64,000 nt of DNA. It comes from Elsinoe ampelina. Lineage: Eukaryota. The notes under the pieces were generated by a model. The model was not told the DNA's origin. It ran no database searches and worked only from the letters and a program-made list of their open reading frames with translations. Numbering within the stretch: position 1 is the first letter of the stretch; every line of letters begins with the position of its first letter. This document shows, one piece after another, positions 23,479 through 34,649 of the stretch. The stretch covers positions 1,594,670-1,658,669 of the forward strand of contig ML992505.1 of the NCBI GenBank assembly GCA_010093995.1, given 5' to 3'. The position numbers and the translations under genes were made by a program.

Positions 23479-24483
23479 TTATGCTTCGCCGAAATCCATA
23501 TGCGACGTCTCTTTTGCATGAGCTGTGGCGCCTTTCTCCCCCTTGCCTTTCCATCCGCAGATGTTGCAGACGAGATCGAACCCCTTTGTATCAGTGTAGT
23601 AATGCCGTTGCTGTAACGTCTTGCACAGCTCCCTAGCAGCTTCTAGTGCGCCACCGTCCATCTCTTCCGCTTCTATCCGGACAACGTCAAACACCTTTCT
23701 GTCCATATCTGGATCTGCTCCCGTATAGGGCGTCACGGCTACCACATCGTAGTGGATCCCGGAGTACACTACAATCACTCTCTTCTCTTTTCCTTCGTTG
23801 AAGCGATCTACTCGCAGGTCTTGAACGTTGATACTGCATACTTCCACCCCGAATTCTGTACTGAGAATACTCAGCTCTATCCCGCCACCCCAGCTGTCAG
23901 GGTGCTGGATCCATCGGCAGTACTCGTCAGGTGGCTTCTCGAGGACGCCAGCCGTGTAGAAGTCTGGATCGGCTTGAATCTTCTGTGCGACGATGGAGCG
24001 TAGTTCGGTCATCCCATCTAGGGAAGCCCCAAGTAGGGCGGTGCTGAGGGCGCGGAAGAGGCAGGAGTTGTCGTCCGGCATGACGCGGAGAGTGAGAAGA
24101 CCGTCGAGCTGGGGTACTGGTATCTCAGGTAGTTCAGAGTCTGAGATGGCGGGATTGGACTTGCGGGTCAGGGACAAAGGTTTGTTTGGAGATGAGGAGG
24201 ATGGAGTGTCGCTTGTCGAGGGGGCGGGTTTTGATGGTGTTTCGTGTGGGACGACGGTGAGTTGCTCGCCGTTCAGTCTGACACCAAGACTTGAGAGTGG
24301 TATATCGGATTCGAGAGAGGCGTTGCCCAAGGGTTGCGGAGGGAAGCCATATTTGAGGTCGAAGGAGTCTATGGAGGCTGCTTTTGATATCTCCTTCTTG
24401 AGATCGCCCCATGTGGAGTCTGAGGGTATTGTGATTGTCGACTGGCCGGATGGACCCCGTACACGCATTCGGATTGTCGACAT
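23479..24483 (-). CDS. OTU1: Ubiquitin thioesterase Otu1/YOD1
   Basis: UBX-like N-terminus (MRVRGPSG, LKYGFPP), OTU catalytic MPDDNSCLFRA, WGGGIEL, YSGIHYD, C-terminal C2H2 finger CNICG..HAKETSH. Confidence 0.93.
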   Translation of the reverse strand: MSTIRMRVRGPSGQSTITIPSDSTWGDLKKEISKAASIDSFDLKYGFPPQPLGNASLESDIPLSSLGVRLNGEQLTVVPHETPSKPAPSTSDTPSSSSPNKPLSLTRKSNPAISDSELPEIPVPQLDGLLTLRVMPDDNSCLFRALSTALLGASLDGMTELRSIVAQKIQADPDFYTAGVLEKPPDEYCRWIQHPDSWGGGIELSILSTEFGVEVCSINVQDLRVDRFNEGKEKRVIVVYSGIHYDVVAVTPYTGADPDMDRKVFDVVRIEAEEMDGGALEAARELCKTLQQRHYYTDTKGFDLVCNICGWKGKGEKGATAHAKETSHMDFGEA

Positions 24484-24921
24484 GGCGAGCTGCGGCCTTT
24501 GGTGGAATACCACGCTATACCGCCACTCTAGCGGTCAAGGTACCGGTCTTCCAGGGAGCTAGCTTCACACGACACCGATCATCGAGGAAGTTGTAAACAC
24601 AAGTTCGTACAGGGGACCGCTCAAGAAAGAGATGTCAAGATTTCCTCACCATACAAAGCCGTCGGAAAAGGACCTGAATGAATGCTCAAACTGAATATAA
24701 GTCAAACAACGAGCAAAAGCATGCTGAGCATGTGACGGTGTCGTCAAAGACGAAAGAAAACACGTGCGGCGATCTGCGGAACAAGATGCGGCTCTGCGCT
24801 CGGCTGCACCTGCCTCTTCTTTTGCATTCGCGACGCGAGCTCTTCTTGTGATCTGCTACACTTTCGAGTCCATCTCATGCGACAGCGCTGTGTGCGCAAC
24901 ATCGGACATTGATCGCGTACC

Positions 24922-27808
24922 ATGGCTCCGAAGCGCCCTAGTACGAGCGCTTCGCCTGAGCGCGAAGAGGAGGCCTCGAAACCACCCAAGCAGGCCTCCA
25001 CATTGTCGGACGAGATCTGGACTGTGATGCTGGATGTGTTGAATCACATCTACGAGTTTCGCACTCCCGAGTAGGTCAGCACGAAGATCAGATGAGGCAA
25101 TGCTGATATCCCAAGGGGCCACGATCCTTCCAAGGTCTTTCATCGCAAGGTCAACAAGCGCGCACTACCTGGATACTACGATGTGATCAAGGAACCTATG
25201 GCACTTAGTATGATCAAGTCGAAGATCAACAACAAGGAATACATGACAGTGAAGGAATTTGTGCGCGACTTTGCACTGGTGAGTCATGGTTGGGAGCATA
25301 TCAAGCCCATACTCACGTCTTGGTAGATTCCTCACAATGCTTTCGTCTACAACCTCCCGGATGCTGGAGCATATCAAGACGGCGTGGTACTCAAGCAACA
25401 ACTCGAAGAGCAGCTCAAAAAGGCCGTCGACTCAAAAACCTTTACCGAAGAAGATGCGCAACTTCCATACCTTGGCGAGATCCCAGCAGCAGATGAACAA
25501 CCCATCGAAGAAGAAGAGGAAGAAGAGGAGGACGAGGAGGATGAAGACGACGAAGCGGACGAGGAGCTCGGGGATGAGGTACCTAAGAAACGCGGAAGAG
25601 GTCGACCCCGTAAATCGAGCGTGATCAAGCGGGAACGAGAAAAGGAGGCAGCTGCATCCAAGGAGGACAAGGGCGATGATCCAGATCCTAGGAAGAAGCG
25701 AGGTCGACCACCGAAAGTGCTCACACCAACCGAAGGTCGCATTCAGACAGTGCTGAAGGGCCTGCGCAAGCCGAAAAACGACCAAGGGACTGCTTTGATA
25801 TCACATTTCGAGCGTCTGCCTGACAAAACCGCCATGCCCGAGTACTTTCAGGAGGTTAGAAACCCGATCGCATATGATGGCCTTAAGCGAAAGTACAAGC
25901 GCAAGAAGTACTCGTCGCTGGAGCAATTCTTGAAAGACGTGGATCTCATGTGCGACAATGCACAACAATACAACGAGGATGACAGCCAAATCTACAAGGA
26001 TGCGGGTGCATTAAAGATCGAAGCACATCGCCTCGCCGAAGAGGTCAGAGCTCGACCTGATACTGAGTATGCAGGGGATGAAGGCCGAATACCAATGCCC
26101 GAAGGTATCTTGCACAATGGAGAGTTGTACAAGGTTGGCGATTGGGTGCTTATTCAGAATGTCAACGATCTCACGAAGCCAATTCCATCACAGATATACA
26201 GAACATATCAGGATGCTCAGGGCGGCAAGTGGGTCAACGTTTGCTGGTACTATCGACCAGAGCAGACTGTTCATCGATTCGACAAGCACTTCCTGGAGAA
26301 CGAGGTTGTCAAGACTGGCCAGTACCGAGACCATAGGATCGACGAGATAGTCGGGCGTTGCTTCATCATGTTCGTTACAAGGTACTTCAAAGGACGACCG
26401 AGCAATATTTCCCCGGACACTGAAGTCTTTGTTTGCGATGCCAGATACAATGAGGAGAAGTTGACGCACAACAAGATCAAGACTTGGGCTAGCTGCTTGC
26501 CAGATGAAGTCAGGGACAAGGATTATGCCATGGATCTCTTTCCAACGGCGAGGAGGATGAAGAAGTTCCCGAGTCCTATCGCATATTTGCTCAAGGATGA
26601 GCAGAAGGAGACAGATGAACTCCCGAAACCGGAATGGGGCGCCGAGAATGCACCACCCAAGATTGGAGCGGTGCATCGGCGCCCTCGAGATCCAAGAGTG
26701 AGTCGAGCATGTGATGCGCTCATTCAAACGCTGACAATAGCAGGATTCGCCGCCACCAGAACCCACACCCCCTCCTCCACCAACGCCACCTCCAGCTCCT
26801 ATTCAGCGTCAACCGGATCCACCTCCACGTCCTTCCTTCTCGCCTGCTCCTCAGCAACCAAACATGACCCAATCACCTCTCAGACCATCAACTGGCCATC
26901 GCCAATCATTCACATCTCATCAATATCCGAACTCTGGGTCGCCAGCTCCTCTTCAGCACATCCAAGCACGCCCTTTCAATCCTTCTGTATCTTTCAATCC
27001 CGCCACTCCAAGTTATGCCACACCCAGCGCTCGTCCCAGCCTCAATCAGCAAAACTCGCAAGGGTTTGCCGCACAATCTGCTTCCTCCTCCCTACCCTTC
27101 CTTCGCCCGGATGCTCCGGCTACAGCAGCAGCAAGTTATCGCGGACCTGCTCCCATCGAGGTGTACACACTTCCCGACAACGCTGACGCCAGCATCCCTG
27201 ACGAGATCCGCTACCTCTTCCAGACCAATGATGAAGGAAAGGTACTCTTCTTCACTGCGCCTCCCGTCTACGTCGAAGGAGAAGGCGAGGTCCGAAGCCT
27301 GAAATTGCCGCAACCTGCGCCAATCATCGGTGGCGTCAACGGGAATGGTCTTCCCGGCACGCCAGGTTCCGCAATCAGAGAGGTCAAGAGAGAGCTGGTA
27401 AGCCAGGGCGAAGGTGAGGTCCTAGGTCATTCAGCAAGGTATTTGGCAGCCAAGATCCGAAGAAGGACAGAGCTAGAGGAGATGAGGGCAGAAAGGCTGA
27501 AGGCGAAAGAGCAAGAGCGGTCGATCAAGAGGGAGCGTGAAGTAGAAGAGGCGGACGACTTGGCGAGTGAAGTTGGAAAATTGAAAAGAGTCGCTCTCGA
27601 GAAGGTCAAAGAGGTACTGACCGAGGCCGCAAAGGGGGAGTTCCAAGGTGTCTTCGGGGAGGAGTGGGAAGGGAAGATGCAGAGTCGGATTAAGGAATTG
27701 GGACAGGTGCACGAGGAGAAGAAGAGGGAATGGGAGGAGATTGAGAGGGTGAGGAAGGAAAGAGAGGGGAGGAGGGTGGTGGCGATTGATGCCATGGGGG
27801 CGATTTGA
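24922..27808 (+). CDS. RSC1: RSC complex subunit Rsc1/Rsc2 (two bromodomains, AT-hooks, BAH domain); introns 25071-25115, 25279-25326, 26698-26743
   Basis: Bromo 1 (LPGYYDVIKEPMAL..IPHNAFVYN), KKRGRGRPRK and KKRGRPPK, bromo 2 (MPEYFQEVRNPI..NAQQYN), BAH (YKVGDWVLI..CWYYRPEQTVH). Splice phases verified. Confidence 0.9.
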
Positions 27809-28191
27809 GGGGTTATCGCTTATGAGAGGATAACTGATGGGGGTGCGTGTGTATGATTAATGAGTATTTACAATGAGCAGGGATAGATGCATTCTTGGCT
27901 AGCTAGCCGCAGAGGCAGGAGCGGCAAATAGTTCAATCTTTTGAGCATATACCCTTTTGCAATCCCTTGATATGTCATAAATTCAAACAACGTGTAAGAA
28001 TGTTGTCCAGCCGGAAGGAGCTCTTTGCTTGCATCGGTATCACCCATCCTGGTGGGCTTGCTCCAGAAATGATGTCTTATGGGGCAGATACCAAACAATG
28101 GTAGCCGGTCATTGAGCCGAAGCGGATCTCTCATGCCTGCGCAACTGTGATGGTATGGACAACTCCGATCAAAACCTCCAGGGCATCGCCC

Positions 28192-30066
28192 TCACACCCC
28201 ACCCACCGCGGTCTCCGCCAGTAGTGCCTCAGCCTCATGCGCATACCTCGGATTCCCCGTCTTCAAGAAAAACCGCACCACGTCCTCCCACAGCATATCC
28301 GCGCCCGCCTCCCCTCCTTGCGTCTCGGCGTACTCCATCAGCTTACTCGCTCTGTGCGCCTCCATCTCCTCTCGGCCAAGACAGCGCAGACCCTCTGTCC
28401 CGACGTGAAAAGTCGAGAGGTCCTCCGGCGTCCATGCCGGGCAGGACCATGTCCCTGTCGTGACGTAGGTGATGATTTCCTGGCGCCAGGACTTGATCAC
28501 CGTCAGGACGTGGGGAGGGATGAGGTGGTCGAAGGGCCCGAGGAGGGCGACGATGTCCCATGTGTGAGTGGCGAAGCGATGGGAGGGGAGCAGGCCGGCG
28601 AAGGGGTTGGGGAGGTCGAAGAGTTGAAGGTAGGTCGGAGTCGGGGGGGAGGATAGTTGGGCTCCTTTGGCGTGGCTGATTGCTGCGTTGAAGAAGCCGG
28701 TGTCGGTGACGATCTGGCAGATCTTTTCGAGGGCGTCTTGGTCGTTGTCGGTGGTTGTGATGTTGTAGATGTCTAAGAGTCTGGTGGGATCTTTCAGTCT
28801 GTTCTTGCAGATGGCTTGGAATGTGGCTGCGAGGTTCTTGCGGGTTTGGCTGAGGGCGACCATGTAGGATATACTACCGTCGAATGTGCAGGAGCTCAGG
28901 AGTTGAGATTCCAGCCACGGGTTGGGAATGATGTGACGTGCGTGTGCCATGGTCGCCCAGTCTTGGGATGGTATTAGGTCCGTGCCAGAGCAGGGTGCTC
29001 CAGGCATATCGAGTTCTCGAATCTGGTCCACTGGCAAATGGACGATATCCAGGGCAATATCATGGCTGCTGCGATTAGATGTAGCGATCCCGAGCTTGTC
29101 GGCTTGATGTAGAAACTCTGCCTGGTGCTGTTCCGGAGTCATTGTCACCAGCACGACACTAGAACCCGAAAGGACGATGGATCTGCGATACAAAGGAGCA
29201 TCTCGTGGTACTGAGTTGTGGAGAGAAAGACTCGCAGCACCAGCCGATTGCCCGATGGCAGTGATCTGGTCGATGTTGCCGCCGAAACCAGGGAGAAAAG
29301 TGCGAAGCCATTCGAATGCATGGATCTGATCGTGCAGACCGTTGTTCGCTGGCAGGATATCTGCAGCTTCCGGCGAATGCATGAACCCTAATGCATTCAA
29401 CCTGTAGTTCATGGATACGAAGATGATTGGTTGCTTGGTGTGCAAGGCATCCATGCATAGTTGGGTTGAATCATAGTATGCTCGTTCCCCCGATGCTACC
29501 ATGAACGCACCTCCATGGATGAAAACCGCTACTGGCAGCTTCTTCGAGCTTGTCTCCAGGGCTTCGATGGGGATCGTGAGGGTTAGCCTAAGGCAATCCT
29601 CTGATTGTGCCTGAGGCGTTCCCGCAGCCTCGGGCGGCAGCTGATTCCATTTGATGTCGGTCTCGACGCTGTCGACAGGCTGTATACTCGATGGACCCCA
29701 TTCATAAGCATGGTAATCTCCGAGGTTCTCCTCTCCCTTCCCAGGCAGCTCTGTTCTCAAGACTGACCGTGCGAAGCGCTGATGTATTGAAGCGTATGGT
29801 ATCGAGCGAAATTGTACCAGCTGCGGGCTGATCTTTCTACCGATTATCAGACCAAGTGTTGGATGATTGTAGGAATATCTGTCATCTCTCATATCCGCGC
29901 GCAGCAGAGGTCGCTTTTTGAAGAAGGAGGTGGTCCCAAAGAGGTCAAATTGGGTAGTCGCCACTGCCGTCAAAATTGCCGCTGCCGCCGTCCACCAGAA
30001 CCACCACGTTGCACGGAGCTTCGACTTTGTCCTATTTCCTACAATTTCGACTGACTCGGCTGCCAT
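28192..30066 (-). CDS. Type-B carboxylesterase/lipase with an N-terminal hydrophobic anchor
   Basis: FRSIPYA, SEDCLRL, VFIHGGAF, NYRLNALGF, NNGLHDQ, FGGNIDQITAIGQSAGA, putative catalytic His in ATHTWD. Confidence 0.88.
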   Translation of the reverse strand: MAAESVEIVGNRTKSKLRATWWFWWTAAAAILTAVATTQFDLFGTTSFFKKRPLLRADMRDDRYSYNHPTLGLIIGRKISPQLVQFRSIPYASIHQRFARSVLRTELPGKGEENLGDYHAYEWGPSSIQPVDSVETDIKWNQLPPEAAGTPQAQSEDCLRLTLTIPIEALETSSKKLPVAVFIHGGAFMVASGERAYYDSTQLCMDALHTKQPIIFVSMNYRLNALGFMHSPEAADILPANNGLHDQIHAFEWLRTFLPGFGGNIDQITAIGQSAGAASLSLHNSVPRDAPLYRRSIVLSGSSVVLVTMTPEQHQAEFLHQADKLGIATSNRSSHDIALDIVHLPVDQIRELDMPGAPCSGTDLIPSQDWATMAHARHIIPNPWLESQLLSSCTFDGSISYMVALSQTRKNLAATFQAICKNRLKDPTRLLDIYNITTTDNDQDALEKICQIVTDTGFFNAAISHAKGAQLSSPPTPTYLQLFDLPNPFAGLLPSHRFATHTWDIVALLGPFDHLIPPHVLTVIKSWRQEIITYVTTGTWSCPAWTPEDLSTFHVGTEGLRCLGREEMEAHRASKLMEYAETQGGEAGADMLWEDVVRFFLKTGNPRYAHEAEALLAETAVGGV

Positions 30067-30432
30067 CCGCTCGTTACGATGGCTGCTGTCGATACCGGTC
30101 GATTATCTTGAGCGAAGCAGTCAGCACTCATTTGTGCTCTGGTTTCCGTAGGAGATGTGTTCAATAGGCGCCGGCGCGACTCAGGTCATGTATGCAGCCA
30201 ATCAGGCAATAGGTCCTCAGGTGAGAGTCTTTTGCCCTGTTTCATGGGACGTCTTGAGCACGGGATGCTTGCAGATATTCATAGTCGCCCTCCAATCACC
30301 TAAGAATTCTTCCCACCATGGCGGCCACTCTATCGTTGCGGCTGCACGTCTGTTCCAAGCTGGACTTTCCTCTTGTACGTTGTCTCTTACGCTTACGCAT
30401 TGTATACTTCCTGGAATCACATCATCAATACC

Positions 30433-32875
30433 ATGGCCGACCCTCTTTCGATCGCGACGGGCGTTGTTGCATTCATAGGAGCAGCCAATGCGCTTGCCTC
30501 GACGATTAAGAAGCTCCATCGGGTACGTCATGCTCACACGAGCATCAAAGCCCTGGAGGATGAGATGAGAGCTCTCCGAGACTACGTCGAGAGCATCCGG
30601 CAGCTCTTGGACGCTCACGGACACCTCATGATGCAGCAGGACCCCATGGAGAAGCATCTCAACAGGGCGCACGCCAAAGTGAACGAGGTGAACATGACTT
30701 TGTTAGGATTGCTGAAGGATTCCTCGCACAAGACTGTCAGGACATCCACATGGCTGCACTGGGATTCGCAGTTGAGTCGGATGCGGCAGGAGCTTCGTGA
30801 CGTTCGTGTCGAGATTGGGAATCGCCTCAGTGTATTCAATGCGTACGTTGATTGATTGCCATCACTACAGCGCCGGGTACTGATACATTGATGTCAGCTC
30901 TGCAGCTAGTCGGACCAGCTTGCAGGTTGAGACACTCGCTATGGAGGGAAGACTCATGCAAGATGACAACCTTCGCGCACTGGCTTTGATCCAACGATGC
31001 ATCATCGAACAACGCCCAGCAATAGCCATGGAGATCGAATCGCAGCTGGCTAAGCTTCGGGATGATCTGAAAAGTCTCGACTCTGGATCATCGGGTGCCA
31101 GACCTTATCCACCTAGTCCACTTCGAAGGCTCTCTGAGCCGCCCCTCAGACGTCGGCTAGCGCTTTGTGACAGGTCCATCGGTCTCTCTTGTCAACGACG
31201 TAGTTCGAGTGATGATGCAGTCTTCAAAATGGAACTTGCACCTACACTTCAGACTTCGAAGTCCGGTCTTTCCACGCAGGAGAATGAACTTGGTACTGTC
31301 ACGCAAGCAAGCAATTACGACCACGCGGAAAGCTGCAAGACGCCGTGTAATTGTCAATGTCATCGGAATACTAGACTCAAATCGCCAGATATACTTCAAC
31401 AATTGCTAGGACAGGTGTCCATTGGCTACGCCGGTATCACCTACCTGACTGCACCATGCAACGAGCGCAGCTGCTCCCGACATCAAAAAGCAAGAGTACG
31501 AGTTCAATACCAGTTTCCAATGTGGTCGTACGTTCAGGGCTTCCTCACTCTTGTATCGCAGTCATCTGGGGTGAGAGGCCCAGAGAAGTCGCTGCGGTTG
31601 TCGCGGATACGACCGGGGTTGGATGAAGTCTTCATCCAAGTTCAGAATGGCAACCTGCCGCGGCTCAAGCAGCTCTTCCTCGAGGGTCGGGGATCGCTTT
31701 TTGACGCATCCGATACTGGATGGACACTGCTCCACTATGCCACTGTTGCAAAGCAGCTTGAAGTCATCAAGTTCCTGAAAGACGCTGGCGCAGATCCTCA
31801 TGCAGAAGCCGATCGACGTGAGACACCATTTGACGTTGCTTGGAATCGCATATTGTCTGGCAGTCTTGACCAAGAATCTGAGCTGCACCTGCGTGAGGTC
31901 TTCAACGATTCTCACGGACTGGACCATCGACAGTTTACTGTGCTACACAAGATCGTGCTTGGCCTCATTCACAAAGATCTTCGTGCGGAACTGGACGCAT
32001 CTACAGCGATGATCGACGTAGTGGACGGTACTGGCTACACAGCACTTGCTTGGGCTTCTGCGCGTGGCGACCTGCACGCCACATCCTTGCTGCTAGAATA
32101 TGGAGCATCGTCATCCACCACGACTGACATGCATGAGCTGCCCATACACCTGGCTTCGCAGACAGGTAGTCTCCAAGTTGCCCAAGCCCTTGTCGACGCA
32201 TCTGCCAATGTGAACGCTAGAGTATGGCAAACTCACATGACGCCGCTTCACTTTGCTGCCGAGTATCAAAACTCTGCAGGCATGATCCAGGGCCTGGTGG
32301 CAATAGGCGCTCAAATCGAAGCGAGAGACTGGAAAGGATGGACTCCGCTACACTGGGCGTCCTGGCGTGGCCATACAAAATCGCTACAAGCCCTCCTCGA
32401 CCTCGGGGCTGATCCGAATGAGGAGACTGACGACGGCAGCTCCGCAGTGCTACTTGCAGTCGCCAACAACAGTCACGAATGCTTGGATCGGCTGATACGG
32501 TCGGGGAGTGATTGCTGTGTTGTGCGGAACAGTGGTTGGAATCTGCTACACTATGCTGCGGTGGGCGGCACATCAGAGACTCTACGCTGTTTAAATTCGG
32601 GGACGCTCTTCGGAATCAATATCGAGACCGCAAAGACTCTGGACACCGAGCAGACAGTGCAGGATATGTACGAAGCCCGAATGCAGGGTATGCTAAATGA
32701 GGCCTCCGGGAGGCATTGTGAGCAACGATGGGAAACAGCCTGGGAAGACCTGATGGACAACGTGAGAGGACTTACACCCGTCCTGAAGATTTGTACAATC
32801 GAGGGCTCCGATAACGAGGAAGAGGAGGATGATCTGTTCGCCGATGCCGTGGCTTTTCACGATGATAATGAGTAA
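30433..32875 (+). CDS. HeLo-like/fungal N-terminal domain + Cys/His motif + about 9 ankyrin repeats (exons 30433-30842, 30898-32875)
   Basis: MADPLSIATGVVAFI..SIKALEDEMRAL N-terminus. Intron GTACGT..ACTGAT..CAG is in phase. CKTPCNCQCH and CNERSC motifs. Ankyrin cores GWTLLHYA, GYTALAWA, HMTPLHFA, GWTPLHWA, GWNLLHYA. Confidence 0.82.
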
Positions 32876-33390
32876 TGGTTATGAGCATAGAAGGCGGATT
32901 GCTGGTGGATCTCTGTCCTTGGTTCTGGATGATACCGCTTCGCTGTTAGATGATACCACCTGATTAACTTATGTATCAAACCACTTTACTGGTGTGTTTG
33001 AAGCGATGGAAAGAAATAGCCCCAATCGTCCCTGCAAGCCTCACCTTGCTTATCTAATCCCCTTGACTCGAGGTCGCCTTTCTCGCACCGCCAGAAGCAA
33101 GCGTCCCTGCATGAGTTTTCTCCCCCGCACCACTCACGCACCAATCGCACCTTCTGCCCCTCTGTCCACCGGCGCCAATTGGTCCAATCCCGTGCCCGCC
33201 AGGGTGTTCGTGCCTGCAGGATATCTATAGTGCCTTGTGCACATGCAGGATGTGTTGGCTGTCTCCCTGTAGAGAACAGGCTGGCTTTGGCGGAAGATAA
33301 GTATGCCGCTGCCCAATATGGGCGTGTTGTGGCCTCTCGCCGGTGAAAGAGCCTGTTCAACTCAAATTTCTGAGGTGTAGAGAGTACAGT

Positions 33391-34649
33391 ATGGGGGTAG
33401 AGAAAGACTCCTCCGTCTCCGCTATCGTGAGTAGTTTGGTCGCTGCTTTTGCGCGTGGATGCGATGTCTTGCGCCGAGGCAAGGGCAGAAAAGAGGGAGC
33501 GGGAGAGCTGGGACGGGCGTTGAAGAGAGGCAGGAGGGAGGTGAGAGGGGAGTATGAGGCTGGTGTGAGAGGAGTGGGGAGGGAGTTTGGTGGCGTGGAT
33601 GGTATGTGTTCCTCCTTATCTCGGGCATTGCACGGCTTGAGGCAAAGAGTGGTGCGAGCATTGCTGATGCGGAGATAGCGAGGGCTAGTCTTGGATTGGC
33701 GCATACCCTGTTGAAGCTGAATGCTGGGTTGGTGGATATCGTTGCCGGATTGCTGGACGGGAAGAAGAAGAAGGAGGTGGATTGGATGAGCTTGACATCC
33801 TTGTCTGAAACGTGCTCGAGGGAAGCGGTGGGTACGCTGTCGGATCTAAGGAGGAGATTGTCAAAGGCAGACTTGATCAGAGCGAAAGAGCAAGAGCAGC
33901 AGCTGGTCAAATACCAGGAGCCGAAGAAGAAGCATGTCACGAAGCCGGAGAAGCGGGCGGCATCCTCGGACGCGGGCAAGCCATACTGGGAGTTGCAGCT
34001 GGTGCACAAGAAGCCCAAGTCTTCGAGACGAAGTTCGAGCAGCAGGTCCAGCAAGGGGAGTCGCTGCGAATGCTGCTCACGAAGGAGCCATGATGCTTCG
34101 ACGTCAACCTCTACGCTCGTTCGGACATCATCAGACATCCACGCCAGTCGTCATCACAGTCGAAGTTCATCTGTCAAGACAAGCGCGAGCTCAACTTCAC
34201 TGCCCGACCCACTCTCCGGGCGGAAGAGACATGCTCAACGGTATGGAATGCCAAGTATAGAGGAGACGCAAGCCTCGGGACAAGCCCGACACCGAAAGCT
34301 TCAGGAGGTCGAAAGACACAATGACTACCTACCTGCTGTATTGGGGAGGCGCAATCGCGATGATCCCGTATCGCAAGAATGGGAAAAGTCTTCAAGACGT
34401 CTCACTCGACCATCACCCCCTGATCGGCCATTCAATAGAGCAGCCACGGCTCGGTACTCGATGGCTAGCACCAAGATCGGCGAGATACCGGCCGATGAGT
34501 GGGAGGCCGTACCCTTCCCGAACGACGACATGGTGGACCCTCTGCCCTGGGGCTGGGGCGGACCCGTGTCGAGCGTCGTTGGTGGCAAGGCGTCAAAATT
34601 CGGGTTCTTGGACATGTTCAAGGAACGAGTACCACAGAGAGTGATCTAG
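33391..34649 (+). CDS. Fungal hypothetical protein: helical N-terminal domain plus Ser/Arg-rich tail (exons 33391-33601, 33679-34649)
   Basis: GTATGT..GCTGAT..TAG intron joins ..REVRGEYE..GREFGGVD to ARASLGLAHTLLKLNAGLV..SLTSLSE in frame; late motif SMASTKIGEIP. Confidence 0.65.
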
